Shown one piece after another: positions 7,403-16,760 of a stretch of 33,264 bases of DNA (within the stretch, counting starts at the first letter, position 1; each line of letters starts with the position of its first letter). A model generated the notes under the pieces. It had not been told where the DNA came from and ran no database searches. It saw only the letters and a program-made list of their open reading frames with translations. The DNA lies in the NCBI GenBank assembly GCA_024278215.1, contig JAJRTR010000069.1, forward strand, positions 1 through 33,264, given 5' to 3'. Source of the DNA: a bacterium (lineage in GTDB: Bacteria; UBP15; UBA6099; JAJRTR01). The position numbers and the translations under genes are program-made.

Positions 7403-9838
7403 ATGAAATTGAGACATTTCGGGCTGGTTGTGTTTCTGGCGTTTGTGATGGTAACTGCCGGAGGATGTACGGGAGGCCCCAAAACCCCGCCGAAGGATTT
7501 CTTCGTAACGACAATTTCCGTAACGACTCTGTCGACCGGAGAGACGACATCGATTTTCGGGAAAGGCTTCGGCTTGCAGAGAGGCACGGTGCTGGTAGGC
7601 GACAAGCCCGCGAAAATCATAAAGTGGAAAGATAAAGTTATCCGCATCGAGGCACCCGCGGCGCAGGTGGAAAGAAACAAGGTGGAAGTCAAGTTGCCCA
7701 CCGGCGAACAGAAATATGCGGGCATGATCGCGATCAGGCCCCGGGTTAACGACAAGCTTCTCGACTGGGTTTCAGATCCTCTGAAAAGAATCGACGGTTC
7801 AAAGATGGAACCGCTGCTGATGGTGTTTAAACCGGTAGGGCCGCCGGTGAGTGGTCTTTTCGATTACGACGCACCGATCCCCAAGACCGACAAGGACCTC
7901 ATCAATTCCATCGAAAGAGCGTGTGTGCAGGGTGTCCAGGTGATACAGTTGCATTACCCCAGCAATCTATCGACAGGCGAAGAAGACTATGCGGACACCT
8001 CGATGGATAATATAAGGAAAATAACGAATGAAGTGCGAAAAGTCTGCCCGCAGGCTCTTATCAACATCGACGATACCGATATGCCGGACGGCAACAGGAT
8101 GCTTCTGCGTTTGATGACGGTCCCCTCGCTCGAGATTATTCCCAATGTTGGCAGGTTCGAGCCGCCGGCGGATATAAAAACCGATCTCAAACCCATAACG
8201 GAAGCATCGGCCCTGCGCCGGAGACTTACCTGGTCTACCGACTTTTTTCTGCACCCGATCCCTGTGGCTATGACAACCTGGCAGGCTGTCGACCTCAAGC
8301 AGATGGCGGAATTGCAGGGAGTGCGGTATCCGCCGCCGGTGAGCTTTTTGCTCAGCATGGCATACGACGATAAGGCTGTCGACAATAAGAAAACTTATGA
8401 TGATATCGTGGACTTTCTCCCGGCGGATTCCCGCATCATCGCGGCTGTGACTGAAAAGCATGTGAGTGAGATCATCGGTTATGCTGTTACAAAAGGCGAC
8501 CACGTAGCGTACGGCTACCAGTATGCACTGCACTGGCCCGGCGGAAGCGCAAATTATATCCCCGACAACTCCTTTGTCCTCGAGAAGATTATCCAGACGG
8601 CGGAGAGTATAGGCCGGCCTATCGCAACTCCCGCGCAGGCTCGCGAAATGCTCGGTTACATGGCCAGGCCGAGTGTCAACAATACAAAAATCAAGGCATT
8701 CACAAAAGTCAAACCTAAAAGGCTGCGCCTGAAAGGCAGGGGCTGGAAACGCGGCGCTGTCGCCGGCCCACCCTCCAACACCATCACCGCCATCGGCTCC
8801 GATTACGCACACAAAGAAATCTGGATCGCCACCGACTCCGGCACCTATTACACCGACGACAACACAAATTCCTTCGTCAAGGTCAAACTCAATATCCGCG
8901 GCGTGCGCAATGTGCCCGTCACAAAGATCGAACCCACGAGCAACGGCGCCGTGTGGATCGCAACAAAAGGATACGGCATTCTCAAAACCGTTGATCACGG
9001 CAATGCCGTCAACAGGTACACCGTCGAAAGGGGCGCGCTCCTGGGCGATGTCGTCACGAACCTGTACACTTACGGCAACGAAGTCTATACCTGCACTTTC
9101 GAAGAAAAAGATGACGGTTACGCCGGTACAGGTGTCGCCTACACAACTGATTCCGGAGCAAACTGGTTTGTGTGGACTTCAGACTACGGACTTCCGTTCA
9201 ACGATGTGCGAAGCGTATATGTGGAAGACGAGTGGGTATACATCGGATTCGGACCTTACGGCGGCGAGGGCGAAGCGACCGGAATGGCCATGTCGCCTGA
9301 TTTCGGCGACAACTGGACTATGGTCAAGGGTATCGACCAGCCCGTACTCGCCATCAGAGCCTTGCAGGACAACACAATAATCGTCGGCACAAAGGGCGGC
9401 GGCGCTTACACGGTCAACTATGACGGTACCCACGCCCGGCGTCTCAAATTCATTCCGCCCACAGCCACTGTAACGGACCTCGAAATCGACAACCGCGGCT
9501 GGCTCTGGCTTATCACCGACGGCGGCATTATCGTCACTGACGACAAAGGAAAATCACACCAGACATTCACTGTCACCGACGGCGTGGCGTCCGAAGCAGT
9601 CACCGGCGCTGTGTATATTCCCGGCAAAGATGTCTGGTTCTCGACAACGCCCGACAACAACGAACACGCGGGCGGCATGACCAGAATCATCGCTTCGGGC
9701 CGGAAAGAGCAGCCGAAAGCAGCGGCTCAGTCTCAAACAAAACCGGGTCCCAAAGCCGGCAACAAACCAGCGGCGGTCAACAAACCGAAACCACGCGCGA
9801 GAAACAAACCTTTACTCGGCCCGCGCGGCAAGCGCTGA
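7403..9838 (+). CDS. Lipoprotein: IPT/TIG-like domain + degenerate BKACE (Kce/DUF849) barrel + beta-propeller + K/P/A-rich tail
   Basis: Signal peptide ending TAGG-C22; IFGKGFG...GTVLVG...IIKWKD..I IPT pattern; GRPIATPAQAREMLG BKACE C-terminus; repeated IWIAT..G blades and T/SxDxGxxW Asp-boxes. Confidence 0.8.
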   Translation: MKLRHFGLVVFLAFVMVTAGGCTGGPKTPPKDFFVTTISVTTLSTGETTSIFGKGFGLQRGTVLVGDKPAKIIKWKDKVIRIEAPAAQVERNKVEVKLPTGEQKYAGMIAIRPRVNDKLLDWVSDPLKRIDGSKMEPLLMVFKPVGPPVSGLFDYDAPIPKTDKDLINSIERACVQGVQVIQLHYPSNLSTGEEDYADTSMDNIRKITNEVRKVCPQALINIDDTDMPDGNRMLLRLMTVPSLEIIPNVGRFEPPADIKTDLKPITEASALRRRLTWSTDFFLHPIPVAMTTWQAVDLKQMAELQGVRYPPPVSFLLSMAYDDKAVDNKKTYDDIVDFLPADSRIIAAVTEKHVSEIIGYAVTKGDHVAYGYQYALHWPGGSANYIPDNSFVLEKIIQTAESIGRPIATPAQAREMLGYMARPSVNNTKIKAFTKVKPKRLRLKGRGWKRGAVAGPPSNTITAIGSDYAHKEIWIATDSGTYYTDDNTNSFVKVKLNIRGVRNVPVTKIEPTSNGAVWIATKGYGILKTVDHGNAVNRYTVERGALLGDVVTNLYTYGNEVYTCTFEEKDDGYAGTGVAYTTDSGANWFVWTSDYGLPFNDVRSVYVEDEWVYIGFGPYGGEGEATGMAMSPDFGDNWTMVKGIDQPVLAIRALQDNTIIVGTKGGGAYTVNYDGTHARRLKFIPPTATVTDLEIDNRGWLWLITDGGIIVTDDKGKSHQTFTVTDGVASEAVTGAVYIPGKDVWFSTTPDNNEHAGGMTRIIASGRKEQPKAAAQSQTKPGPKAGNKPAAVNKPKPRARNKPLLGPRGKR

Positions 9839-9878
9839 TGCCGCATCGTCCTTTCTTGAAAGCATTCTTTTCAAGTTA

Positions 9879-9955
9879 GCCCACATTGGTGAAATATGCG
9901 GGGTACTTGCCGGCTGAAGTCCTTTACCCCGGATTTCTTTGTGAGAAATCCGGGT
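9879..9955. repeat. Hairpin B (inverted) + hairpin A
   Basis: 9879-9903 resembles the reverse complement of 5554-5578; 9929-9955 is identical over 27 bp to 5725-5751. Confidence 0.85.
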
Positions 9956-9970
9956 CAGGGAAGAGAAGAA

Positions 9971-10030
9971 GGACATTCCGAACCGTGTCCCCTGCGATCC
10001 GGCTCTTTATGCAGAAACACACAAGTTTAG
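9971..10030 (-). repeat. Degenerate family C element overlapping the GH13 stop codon
   Basis: Minus strand CTAAACTTGTGTGTTTCTG...GGGGACA...ATGTCC aligns with 12324-12400. Confidence 0.6.
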
Positions 10031-12274
10031 CAAAACAGACTGAAGCGGCATGAGTTCGATCTCGGAGAGGCCCTCGGACAGGTATCTGCCGGAGAGGGGC
10101 GGGGGCGGCGTGATGTTTCCAATCCCCATTTCATTGTATGTGTCGAAAACCACTTTAAAAACATATTTTGTTTTGATGTCGAGCGCGAGGAAGTCGAGAG
10201 CGAAACGTGCTTTGCGCGGGCTGGCCGGGTCGAGGTTGGCGATGAAAAGGAGCTGGAGTTTTTCGTCGTAGCGCGCAAGGGCGAACACTCGGCCATCGTT
10301 ATTCGCCGCCCTGTTGTCGCGCAGGTAATAGACATTTCCATTTGGGATAACGGAGGCGACCGGGCCGTGTTTCAGTTTGTGGAGTTCGACATAGCAGCCG
10401 TGGAGTTTGCGGCCAACGCCGGTTTCGCGGAGCAAGAAGTCGAGCAATGTTTTGTTTTCGAAATCTGTTCTCGTGCGCTCGGCAAAGTCCGTGCCGTTTT
10501 CCAGGGCATAGCTGAATCTTACGCCCGATACGCTGCCGGAGACCATGTTTATCAGAGAGCACTGAATGCTTTTGAGCGACGACATCAGCAGTGCCGGTTC
10601 GCAACTTAATCTGGCCGCGGGTTCCCGCCATAGTTTCTGAGCGGTTTTGTTTTCGGAGAGAACGCCGGAGAATTTTTCGTGCCACTGTTCCGTTGCGCGC
10701 GCGCTGTCGTGGTTCTCGAAATACGCCATGGCGACAGTATTGCGGGGGAAAGTGTGGTGGTAGGTTTCGAAGAGGTCGTAATAGGGCGCTGCATGGTCGA
10801 TATGCACGTGGTTGTCGACAAGCAGCGAATAGATCATATCCGCGGGCACATCTACAGCTTCGTGCATCGGACAGAGGGTTTCGCCGAGCACGACGGCGTC
10901 GGGTTTCACTTCGTTGATGCGGTTCTTGATCTGCTTGAGGAAAGCCCTGTCGACAGTCTGGCTCGCGTCGATGCGCACGCCGTCGAGCCCGCACACCTGT
11001 ATCCAGTAGGGGGCCACAGAGCTGAGGTAGTTCTGGAGCGCCTTGTTGTACTTGAGCCTGAAGAGCGCGACATCCGAATAGTCGAGCCATGCGATACGAT
11101 GTTTTTTCGGTACCCCGTATTCGTCGAGTTCATACCATTCGCGATGCGTGTTTATCAGGTCGCAGTCCCTGCTTGTCTGCATCAGCACGAGGTCGAATAT
11201 GACAGCTTTGCCGTGTATGTGAGCCGTGTGTGTGAGCCGGCGGAGTTCGGCGCGACCGACGAGTTGCACCGCAGTCGCCTCGCCGAGAAAGTCCACTATC
11301 TCGTCGTTGCTGTCGAAGTTGAGGAAGTTCGAGACCCGGCCCAGGCGCGACTGTTGTTCGCCGTCCAGGAGGTCCTGCACGTCGTAGGAAGTCAGGAGAT
11401 TTTTTGACACAAGATGCTTTATGTCGACATCGCGCGGGTCGGAACATATCGCGGGGTCGAGCTTGTAGAAATCCTTCACGGCATAGATGCTGCCCAGTTC
11501 GCCCTTGCGCACGTCCTCGCCCGTGATGATGTCGCCGGTGCCGGGCAGAAAGACAGGCAGCAGATAGATAATATCGACAGGGATGTTTTCCATATCCTCC
11601 GTTACGTTGTCGAGCTTGCCGGAAACGAAACGGCCCTCGCCGTCGACGGAAGCGCCGTACTTGCGCACACACACTTCCATAAGCGAAGGACACTCGCTTA
11701 TGCGCGGCGGAATGACGACGATTACACCGTCCCTGTTGTGCGCCATGTCATTGACAGACAGCCAGTTTTTGGCGGGATCGTCCGCAGGTTTGCCATCGGC
11801 CGAGAACATTACGGTATAGCTGAAGACACCGGTTTTTGTAATCTCTATCGGAGCGGAAACGAACACTGCGTTATTGCCGCCGATCAACGGCTCTCCATTC
11901 GTGCCCCTGTGCAGGCGCATCGGCACATAGTAGCCGGGGTCGGGAAAGTGCATTCCCTTGAGATCGACAATCCCGTGCCTGTCCGCGTCGGTCCAGAGGC
12001 GGACATCAATATCGCCGTCATCGAGTTGAACCGTATCCGTGATGTCCCTGATGTATAGTTCCACGAAAATGCGTACTTCGGGCGCGTCGCTGTTTTCGCC
12101 GGGCGTGCAGAAGATTTTCCCCGTGCTGCCGGGCAGGAGCCTGCCGTCCACTTCGAGACGCATGTTGCCCGCCCACACATCGGTATTGTCAAAACGGTGA
12201 ATCCTGTACTTCTCGTGTAGTTTTTCGTAGATTATTCTTTGCCTGTTCAGCACTGCTTCCGCCGGATTATTCAT
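10007..12274 (-). CDS. Alpha-amylase family (GH13) glycoside hydrolase, cytoplasmic
   Basis: GSIYAVKDF, GLDGVRIDASQ (nucleophile), LGETL (acid/base), FENHDSAR; no signal peptide. Confidence 0.88.
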   Translation of the reverse strand: MNNPAEAVLNRQRIIYEKLHEKYRIHRFDNTDVWAGNMRLEVDGRLLPGSTGKIFCTPGENSDAPEVRIFVELYIRDITDTVQLDDGDIDVRLWTDADRHGIVDLKGMHFPDPGYYVPMRLHRGTNGEPLIGGNNAVFVSAPIEITKTGVFSYTVMFSADGKPADDPAKNWLSVNDMAHNRDGVIVVIPPRISECPSLMEVCVRKYGASVDGEGRFVSGKLDNVTEDMENIPVDIIYLLPVFLPGTGDIITGEDVRKGELGSIYAVKDFYKLDPAICSDPRDVDIKHLVSKNLLTSYDVQDLLDGEQQSRLGRVSNFLNFDSNDEIVDFLGEATAVQLVGRAELRRLTHTAHIHGKAVIFDLVLMQTSRDCDLINTHREWYELDEYGVPKKHRIAWLDYSDVALFRLKYNKALQNYLSSVAPYWIQVCGLDGVRIDASQTVDRAFLKQIKNRINEVKPDAVVLGETLCPMHEAVDVPADMIYSLLVDNHVHIDHAAPYYDLFETYHHTFPRNTVAMAYFENHDSARATEQWHEKFSGVLSENKTAQKLWREPAARLSCEPALLMSSLKSIQCSLINMVSGSVSGVRFSYALENGTDFAERTRTDFENKTLLDFLLRETGVGRKLHGCYVELHKLKHGPVASVIPNGNVYYLRDNRAANNDGRVFALARYDEKLQLLFIANLDPASPRKARFALDFLALDIKTKYVFKVVFDTYNEMGIGNITPPPPLSGRYLSEGLSEIELMPLQSVLLNLCVSA

Positions 12275-12323
12275 ATATGCCCTCTGCTTTTATTATGGTA
12301 TGGAATAAAACATATATTATCAC

Positions 12324-12409
12324 TTAAACCTGTGCGTTTTTGAAACATGCGCGGAATTTCCCGGGGACATCCTGAAAGGGCAAATCTCAGTCATGTCCCC
12401 GAAATTCTT
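12324..12409 (+). mobile_element. Family C MITE/REP-like element (one end missing)
   Basis: Colinear with the reverse complement of 26107-26226; internal stem GAATTTC..GGGGACAT/ATGTCCCCGAAATTC. Confidence 0.8.
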
Positions 12410-12437
12410 CGATAAGCGCGCGTCTCCCTTCAGCAAC

Positions 12438-13934
12438 TCAATTTTTGCTGTTTCTCCTCATTCCCTGTATGAAAGGAAGGGCGACGGAAAGCACGGAAAT
12501 GAGCAGCAGCGCGACAGCGAGCGGCGAGAGCATTGGGAGCAGTTCGCCCTTGCTGATAAGCAACGCGCGGTGCAGGTTGCTTTCGGCTATGGGACCGAGT
12601 ATGACACCCAGAATAAGCGGACCCGGCGGGAAGTGGAACTTCTTCATCACGTATCCGAAAATGCCGAAAACCAGCATGATATAAACTGAAATCATCGAGC
12701 CTGTCATGGCGAATGAGCCGACGATGCAGAACACGACGACCAGCGGCCACAGAAGTTGAGGAGCGACGGAGATCACACGCGAAAACAGCGGCGCGCCCGC
12801 GATCCTGATAGGGAACACGAGCAGGTTGGCCGTGAGCAGGCCGATGAATATCGCCGCCACGAGGCCGCGCACAGCCGGGTCGGGATCGGTAAAGAGCGTG
12901 GGGCCGGGACGCAGGCCGATTATGATCATCGCTCCAAGCAGGATGGCCGTCACTGAATCGCCGGGAATGCCGAGCGTGAGCATCGGGATCATCGCGCCGC
13001 CGGTGACAGCATTGTTCGCGCACTCGGATGCCGTAAGGCCTTCGAGAGAGCCGTTGCCGAATTCCTCTTTGTGTTTCGAGAACTTCTTTGTCTGGTCGTA
13101 GGCCACGAAGCCCGCGATGTCGCCGCCCGCGCCGGGTATGGCACCGACGACTGTTCCGATTACGCTCGATATGCCCAGCGGCGCGAGTATCTGTTTTATC
13201 TGCGCTGCCGTCGGGAATTTGTTTTTCACTTTCGCCGCGCTTTCCCCGGCCACCGTGCGGAACTCGACGCGGTCCAGAGCCTCTGTGATTGCAAACACGC
13301 CGATCATGAGTGGTATATAGCGGAGTCCGGATTCAGGCAGGTCTTTGATGCCGAATGTCAACCTGTCGATGTCGAACACAGTGCTGCGGCCCGCCGCGGC
13401 GAACAACATGCCCAGCCCCCCCATGATGAATCCTTTGACGACCGAACCCTCGGACACGCCGGATATGACGCTCAGGCCGAATATCGCGAGGCAGAACATC
13501 TCGAACGGCCCGAATTTCAGCGCCACCGACGCGATGGGCGCGGCGACTGTCCACAACACCAGCACACTGAACACGCCGCCCACACTCGACGCGATTGTGG
13601 ACACATTAAGCGCCAGCGCCGCCTCGCCTCGCCGGGCGAGCGGGTAGCCGTCGAAGCACGTGGCGGCGGCGGCGGGTGTGCCGGGCGTGCGGATAAGTAT
13701 TGCGCTGATAGCGCCGCCGTGCATCGTCCCGACATACACGCCCAGCAGTATCATAAGCCCTGCTATCGGCGGATCGATCCGGTAGGTGAACGGCACCAGC
13801 AGCGCGATAGACATTGTCGCTGTCAGGCCGGGCAGCGCGCCCGCAAGTATGCCCGCCACTATGCCCGCTACCATGAACGCGATGACTTTAAAACTGAAAA
13901 GTATCTCCAGCGCCGCGGCAATGTCCGTGTGCAT
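12438..13934 (-). CDS. tctA: Tripartite tricarboxylate transporter large permease
   Basis: GALPGLTATMSIALLVP, AILIRTPGTPAAAAT.FDGYP, E.ANNA..GGAMIP.LTLGIPGD..TAILLGA.....PGP. Confidence 0.95.
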   Translation of the reverse strand: MHTDIAAALEILFSFKVIAFMVAGIVAGILAGALPGLTATMSIALLVPFTYRIDPPIAGLMILLGVYVGTMHGGAISAILIRTPGTPAAAATCFDGYPLARRGEAALALNVSTIASSVGGVFSVLVLWTVAAPIASVALKFGPFEMFCLAIFGLSVISGVSEGSVVKGFIMGGLGMLFAAAGRSTVFDIDRLTFGIKDLPESGLRYIPLMIGVFAITEALDRVEFRTVAGESAAKVKNKFPTAAQIKQILAPLGISSVIGTVVGAIPGAGGDIAGFVAYDQTKKFSKHKEEFGNGSLEGLTASECANNAVTGGAMIPMLTLGIPGDSVTAILLGAMIIIGLRPGPTLFTDPDPAVRGLVAAIFIGLLTANLLVFPIRIAGAPLFSRVISVAPQLLWPLVVVFCIVGSFAMTGSMISVYIMLVFGIFGYVMKKFHFPPGPLILGVILGPIAESNLHRALLISKGELLPMLSPLAVALLLISVLSVALPFIQGMRRNSKN

Positions 13935-13940
13935 CGTGCC

Positions 13941-14444
13941 CTACACCCCCGCCCTGAATACTGTATAATGAAGGAACTCGTCCACCGGACCCTCGATGAG
14001 CGGCACACCGAGAAAGATGCTGAAGATATAGAAAACCGCCGCCGCCGCAATGATCGAAAACACGAGCCCCGCCGCGACCCTGCCCGCCGACAACCCGGGA
14101 GACAGCATAAGAAATGAGCTGAAAAGAAATGCCGCTGTCGACGCCGTGTAACCTATCTTTGGAATGATGAGAATGTATATTACGAGAGCAACGAAAAAAA
14201 GCAGCATCCTCGCAAAAAGAGGTCCGAATAGCGGTTTGTCGTCATCTTCTTTGCACCCCGCCGCCAGGCCCTGAACGACGAGTACGATGCTCAGCGCACC
14301 GATAAAAACAGCCAGCGCGCGTGGAAATGATGCAGGCGCGAGACCGGGTCCGGCACCTTCGGGCAGCGCTTTTGTCATTCCGTAGATCAGCGCGGAGAAA
14401 CCGGCCATCGACGCGCCTGCAATGACATCTTTTTTGTTTGCCAA
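13941..14444 (-). CDS. tctB: Tripartite tricarboxylate transporter small subunit
   Basis: Four to five hydrophobic segments, P..FPR motif, F...LGVPL..G C-terminus; directly upstream of tctA. Confidence 0.85.
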   Translation of the reverse strand: MANKKDVIAGASMAGFSALIYGMTKALPEGAGPGLAPASFPRALAVFIGALSIVLVVQGLAAGCKEDDDKPLFGPLFARMLLFFVALVIYILIIPKIGYTASTAAFLFSSFLMLSPGLSAGRVAAGLVFSIIAAAAVFYIFSIFLGVPLIEGPVDEFLHYTVFRAGV

Positions 14445-14701
14445 ACCTGCCCTCCGGGCATTATTTCTCGTGACCGTTCACTGAATGTATCCGAATTTCT
14501 GCTTTGCTTTCGCCGCTATTCATTTTATCACTATACGGCGGAGTATGGTAGTGGGCCGCACTTCATGCGCTGAAACTTCCGTGTGACGTGGCTCACGTTT
14601 CACGCTTTCCGAAGGAGGGTATATATCATAAATACAGAGCCTGATTGTGAATCGGACAGGTTCTGAATCGCGGGGCGAACTGCCGGGAAAGGTGGTCGCC
14701 A

Positions 14702-15358
14702 ATGGATAACTTTCAATATTGCGCCGTACCCTTTAAGGCGATAGTAAAGGACACGTTTTTCAACTTCTTTATGGTGCGCTGGCTTCTCGCGCGCGAAGAA
14801 GCGGGGATGGAGTCGGACCACGGCTTCGTACCGCAGATAAAAGGCCTGCGAATGAATGACATGGCTTTCGACGAAGATGTCAACGTCTACATATCGGGTC
14901 TGCTGTCGGGCGCTACGAAGTCCGCCGTTTTCCATCAGCGCCTTGCGCGCTATGTGCGCGGAACGGAACTCGGCGTGCACAAACTTGTCGATGACGTAAG
15001 GGACCGGGCTTTCAAGTTTATGGTATACCGCACAAACGCCGACCACATACTCCTGCGGCTGGGAGTCTTCGACCATTTCCGCGAAAACTTTACCGGCACA
15101 TTCGCAGACATAACGCGCGGAAAAAGATACTACGCATTCGCGGCCGGTTATCTCGGCGAGATCAACGGCAGGCGCTCGGCCCTGCAAGACGTAATCGAAA
15201 AGATGTCGGTTCGGTTCGACGATTACTACGAAATACTCTCCACGATGACCCGGAAATATATCGAGTTTATGCAGCAACTGACCGCATCCGACGAGGCGGG
15301 TATATATCGGGGCGTCAAACGAGCGATCAAGCAGATGAGGCAAGCGGAACCGGATTGA
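14702..15358 (+). CDS. Hypothetical soluble protein
   Basis: 218-aa ORF with SD-like AAAGGTGG, fills the gap with a natural composition; no family recognised with confidence. Confidence 0.75.
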   Translation: MDNFQYCAVPFKAIVKDTFFNFFMVRWLLAREEAGMESDHGFVPQIKGLRMNDMAFDEDVNVYISGLLSGATKSAVFHQRLARYVRGTELGVHKLVDDVRDRAFKFMVYRTNADHILLRLGVFDHFRENFTGTFADITRGKRYYAFAAGYLGEINGRRSALQDVIEKMSVRFDDYYEILSTMTRKYIEFMQQLTASDEAGIYRGVKRAIKQMRQAEPD

Positions 15359-15593
15359 AACAGCATTGTAAATCCGGGCGCGAAACCCGGTGGATAAATC
15401 GGAGCGCCGGGGCTGAAAACCAACGATACACGGCCCCGGACGCTGCCCGGTTTTTTGCTTTTTCCAGTCGGCATACATCTCCCACAATCTCCTTCAACTT
15501 GACATTATTTTCCGCGCAAGTAAAACTTTATCCTGTAATATATTGTAGTCTTCACAATATCCGGCAAGCTATTTTACCTGAAAACGGTAGCCT

Positions 15594-16301
15594 ATGAGCG
15601 AACGAAAAAAGTTGTCAATTGTCATACCGGTCTTCAACGAGCGTGAAACCATAGTTGAACTTTTACGGCGCGTGAAAGCCGTCGAGATCGAAGGCGTGGA
15701 CATGGAGATAATAATGGTGGACGACGGCTCGACAGACGGCTCCCGCGATATACTGAAAACAGAAATCGAATCGCAGATCGATCACCTGATTTTCCACGAA
15801 ACCAACAAAGGGAAAGGTGCGGCCCTGAAGACAGGATTCCAGGCCTGCACCGGCGACTTCGTGATCGTGCAGGACGCCGACCTCGAGTACGACCCGGCGG
15901 AATTCCCGAAAGTCATAGCTCCGCTGCTGGATGGCCGCGCGGATGTCGTCTACGGCTCGCGATTCAAAGGCGAAGGCGCTCACCGCGTGCTTTACTTCTG
16001 GCACTATATAGGAAACGTGCTACTGACCCTTATTTCAAATATGTTCACAAATCTCAACCTGACAGATATGGAAACGTGCTATAAAGCTTTTAGAATAGAA
16101 ATTATCAGAAAAATCGAGATAGAGCAGAACCGGTTCGGTTTCGAGCCGGAGATCACGGCGAAAGTGGCGCGCATGAAAGCCAGAGTCTTCGAGGTCGGCA
16201 TATCCTATGCGGGCCGCACTTATGAAGAAGGTAAAAAGATCGGGCTCAAAGACGGTTTCTCCGCACTGTGGTGTATTATCAAGTATGGACTCGGGTTTTA
16301 G
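15594..16301 (+). CDS. GT2 glycosyltransferase (DPM1/polyprenol-phosphate type)
   Basis: [61 protein letters not shown]. Confidence 0.95.
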   Translation: MSERKKLSIVIPVFNERETIVELLRRVKAVEIEGVDMEIIMVDDGSTDGSRDILKTEIESQIDHLIFHETNKGKGAALKTGFQACTGDFVIVQDADLEYDPAEFPKVIAPLLDGRADVVYGSRFKGEGAHRVLYFWHYIGNVLLTLISNMFTNLNLTDMETCYKAFRIEIIRKIEIEQNRFGFEPEITAKVARMKARVFEVGISYAGRTYEEGKKIGLKDGFSALWCIIKYGLGF

Positions 16302-16312
16302 ATTCCACGGCT

Positions 16313-16341
16313 CCATATTTCTTCTTCGAGAAATCCGGGTT
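16313..16341. repeat. Hairpin A, degenerate copy
   Basis: Right arm GAGAAATCCGGGTT identical to 5739-5752; left arm eroded to ATTTCT. Confidence 0.65.
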
Positions 16342-16379
16342 TACATAAGAAACTTCAACAACTATCGGGTGGAACAGAC

Positions 16380-16760
16380 GTGAATCTGAAAAAGATAGCC
16401 GGTTTATATTCACTTCTTGCAGGTGCGGCGATGATACCGGTGTGGCTGTCATATTTCGCCACGGGGACAGTGCTGGGCGCGGCCCCGAGTCCCGTGGGAC
16501 TTTCTTTCCACATAGCCGCCGAGTTCGCGACCGCCGCCGTGATGATCGCAGGCGGCATCGGACTGCTCGCCGGCAAACCGTGGGCGGCGAGGGCATACAT
16601 GCTCGGGATGGGAATGATGATTTATGCTCTGGTCAACAGCCCCGGCCTTTATTCCGGCAACGGTGTTCTGCTGCTGAGAATCGTTTTCGCGGGTTCTTTT
16701 CTCGCGGCTGTTGTTTTCGCTGTGATCGGGTTTGTTATAGGCAGAGACACAAATAAATGA
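16380..16760 (+). CDS. Small four-TM membrane protein
   Basis: Four hydrophobic segments; 4-nt overlap with the next gene. Confidence 0.75.
   Translation: MNLKKIAGLYSLLAGAAMIPVWLSYFATGTVLGAAPSPVGLSFHIAAEFATAAVMIAGGIGLLAGKPWAARAYMLGMGMMIYALVNSPGLYSGNGVLLLRIVFAGSFLAAVVFAVIGFVIGRDTNK

Noticed and set aside
15351-15378. Additional hairpin A copy (CCGGATT...AATCCGGG)
   Set aside because: Only the outer 7 bp match, the loop is unrelated and it overlaps a stop codon; too weak to count.
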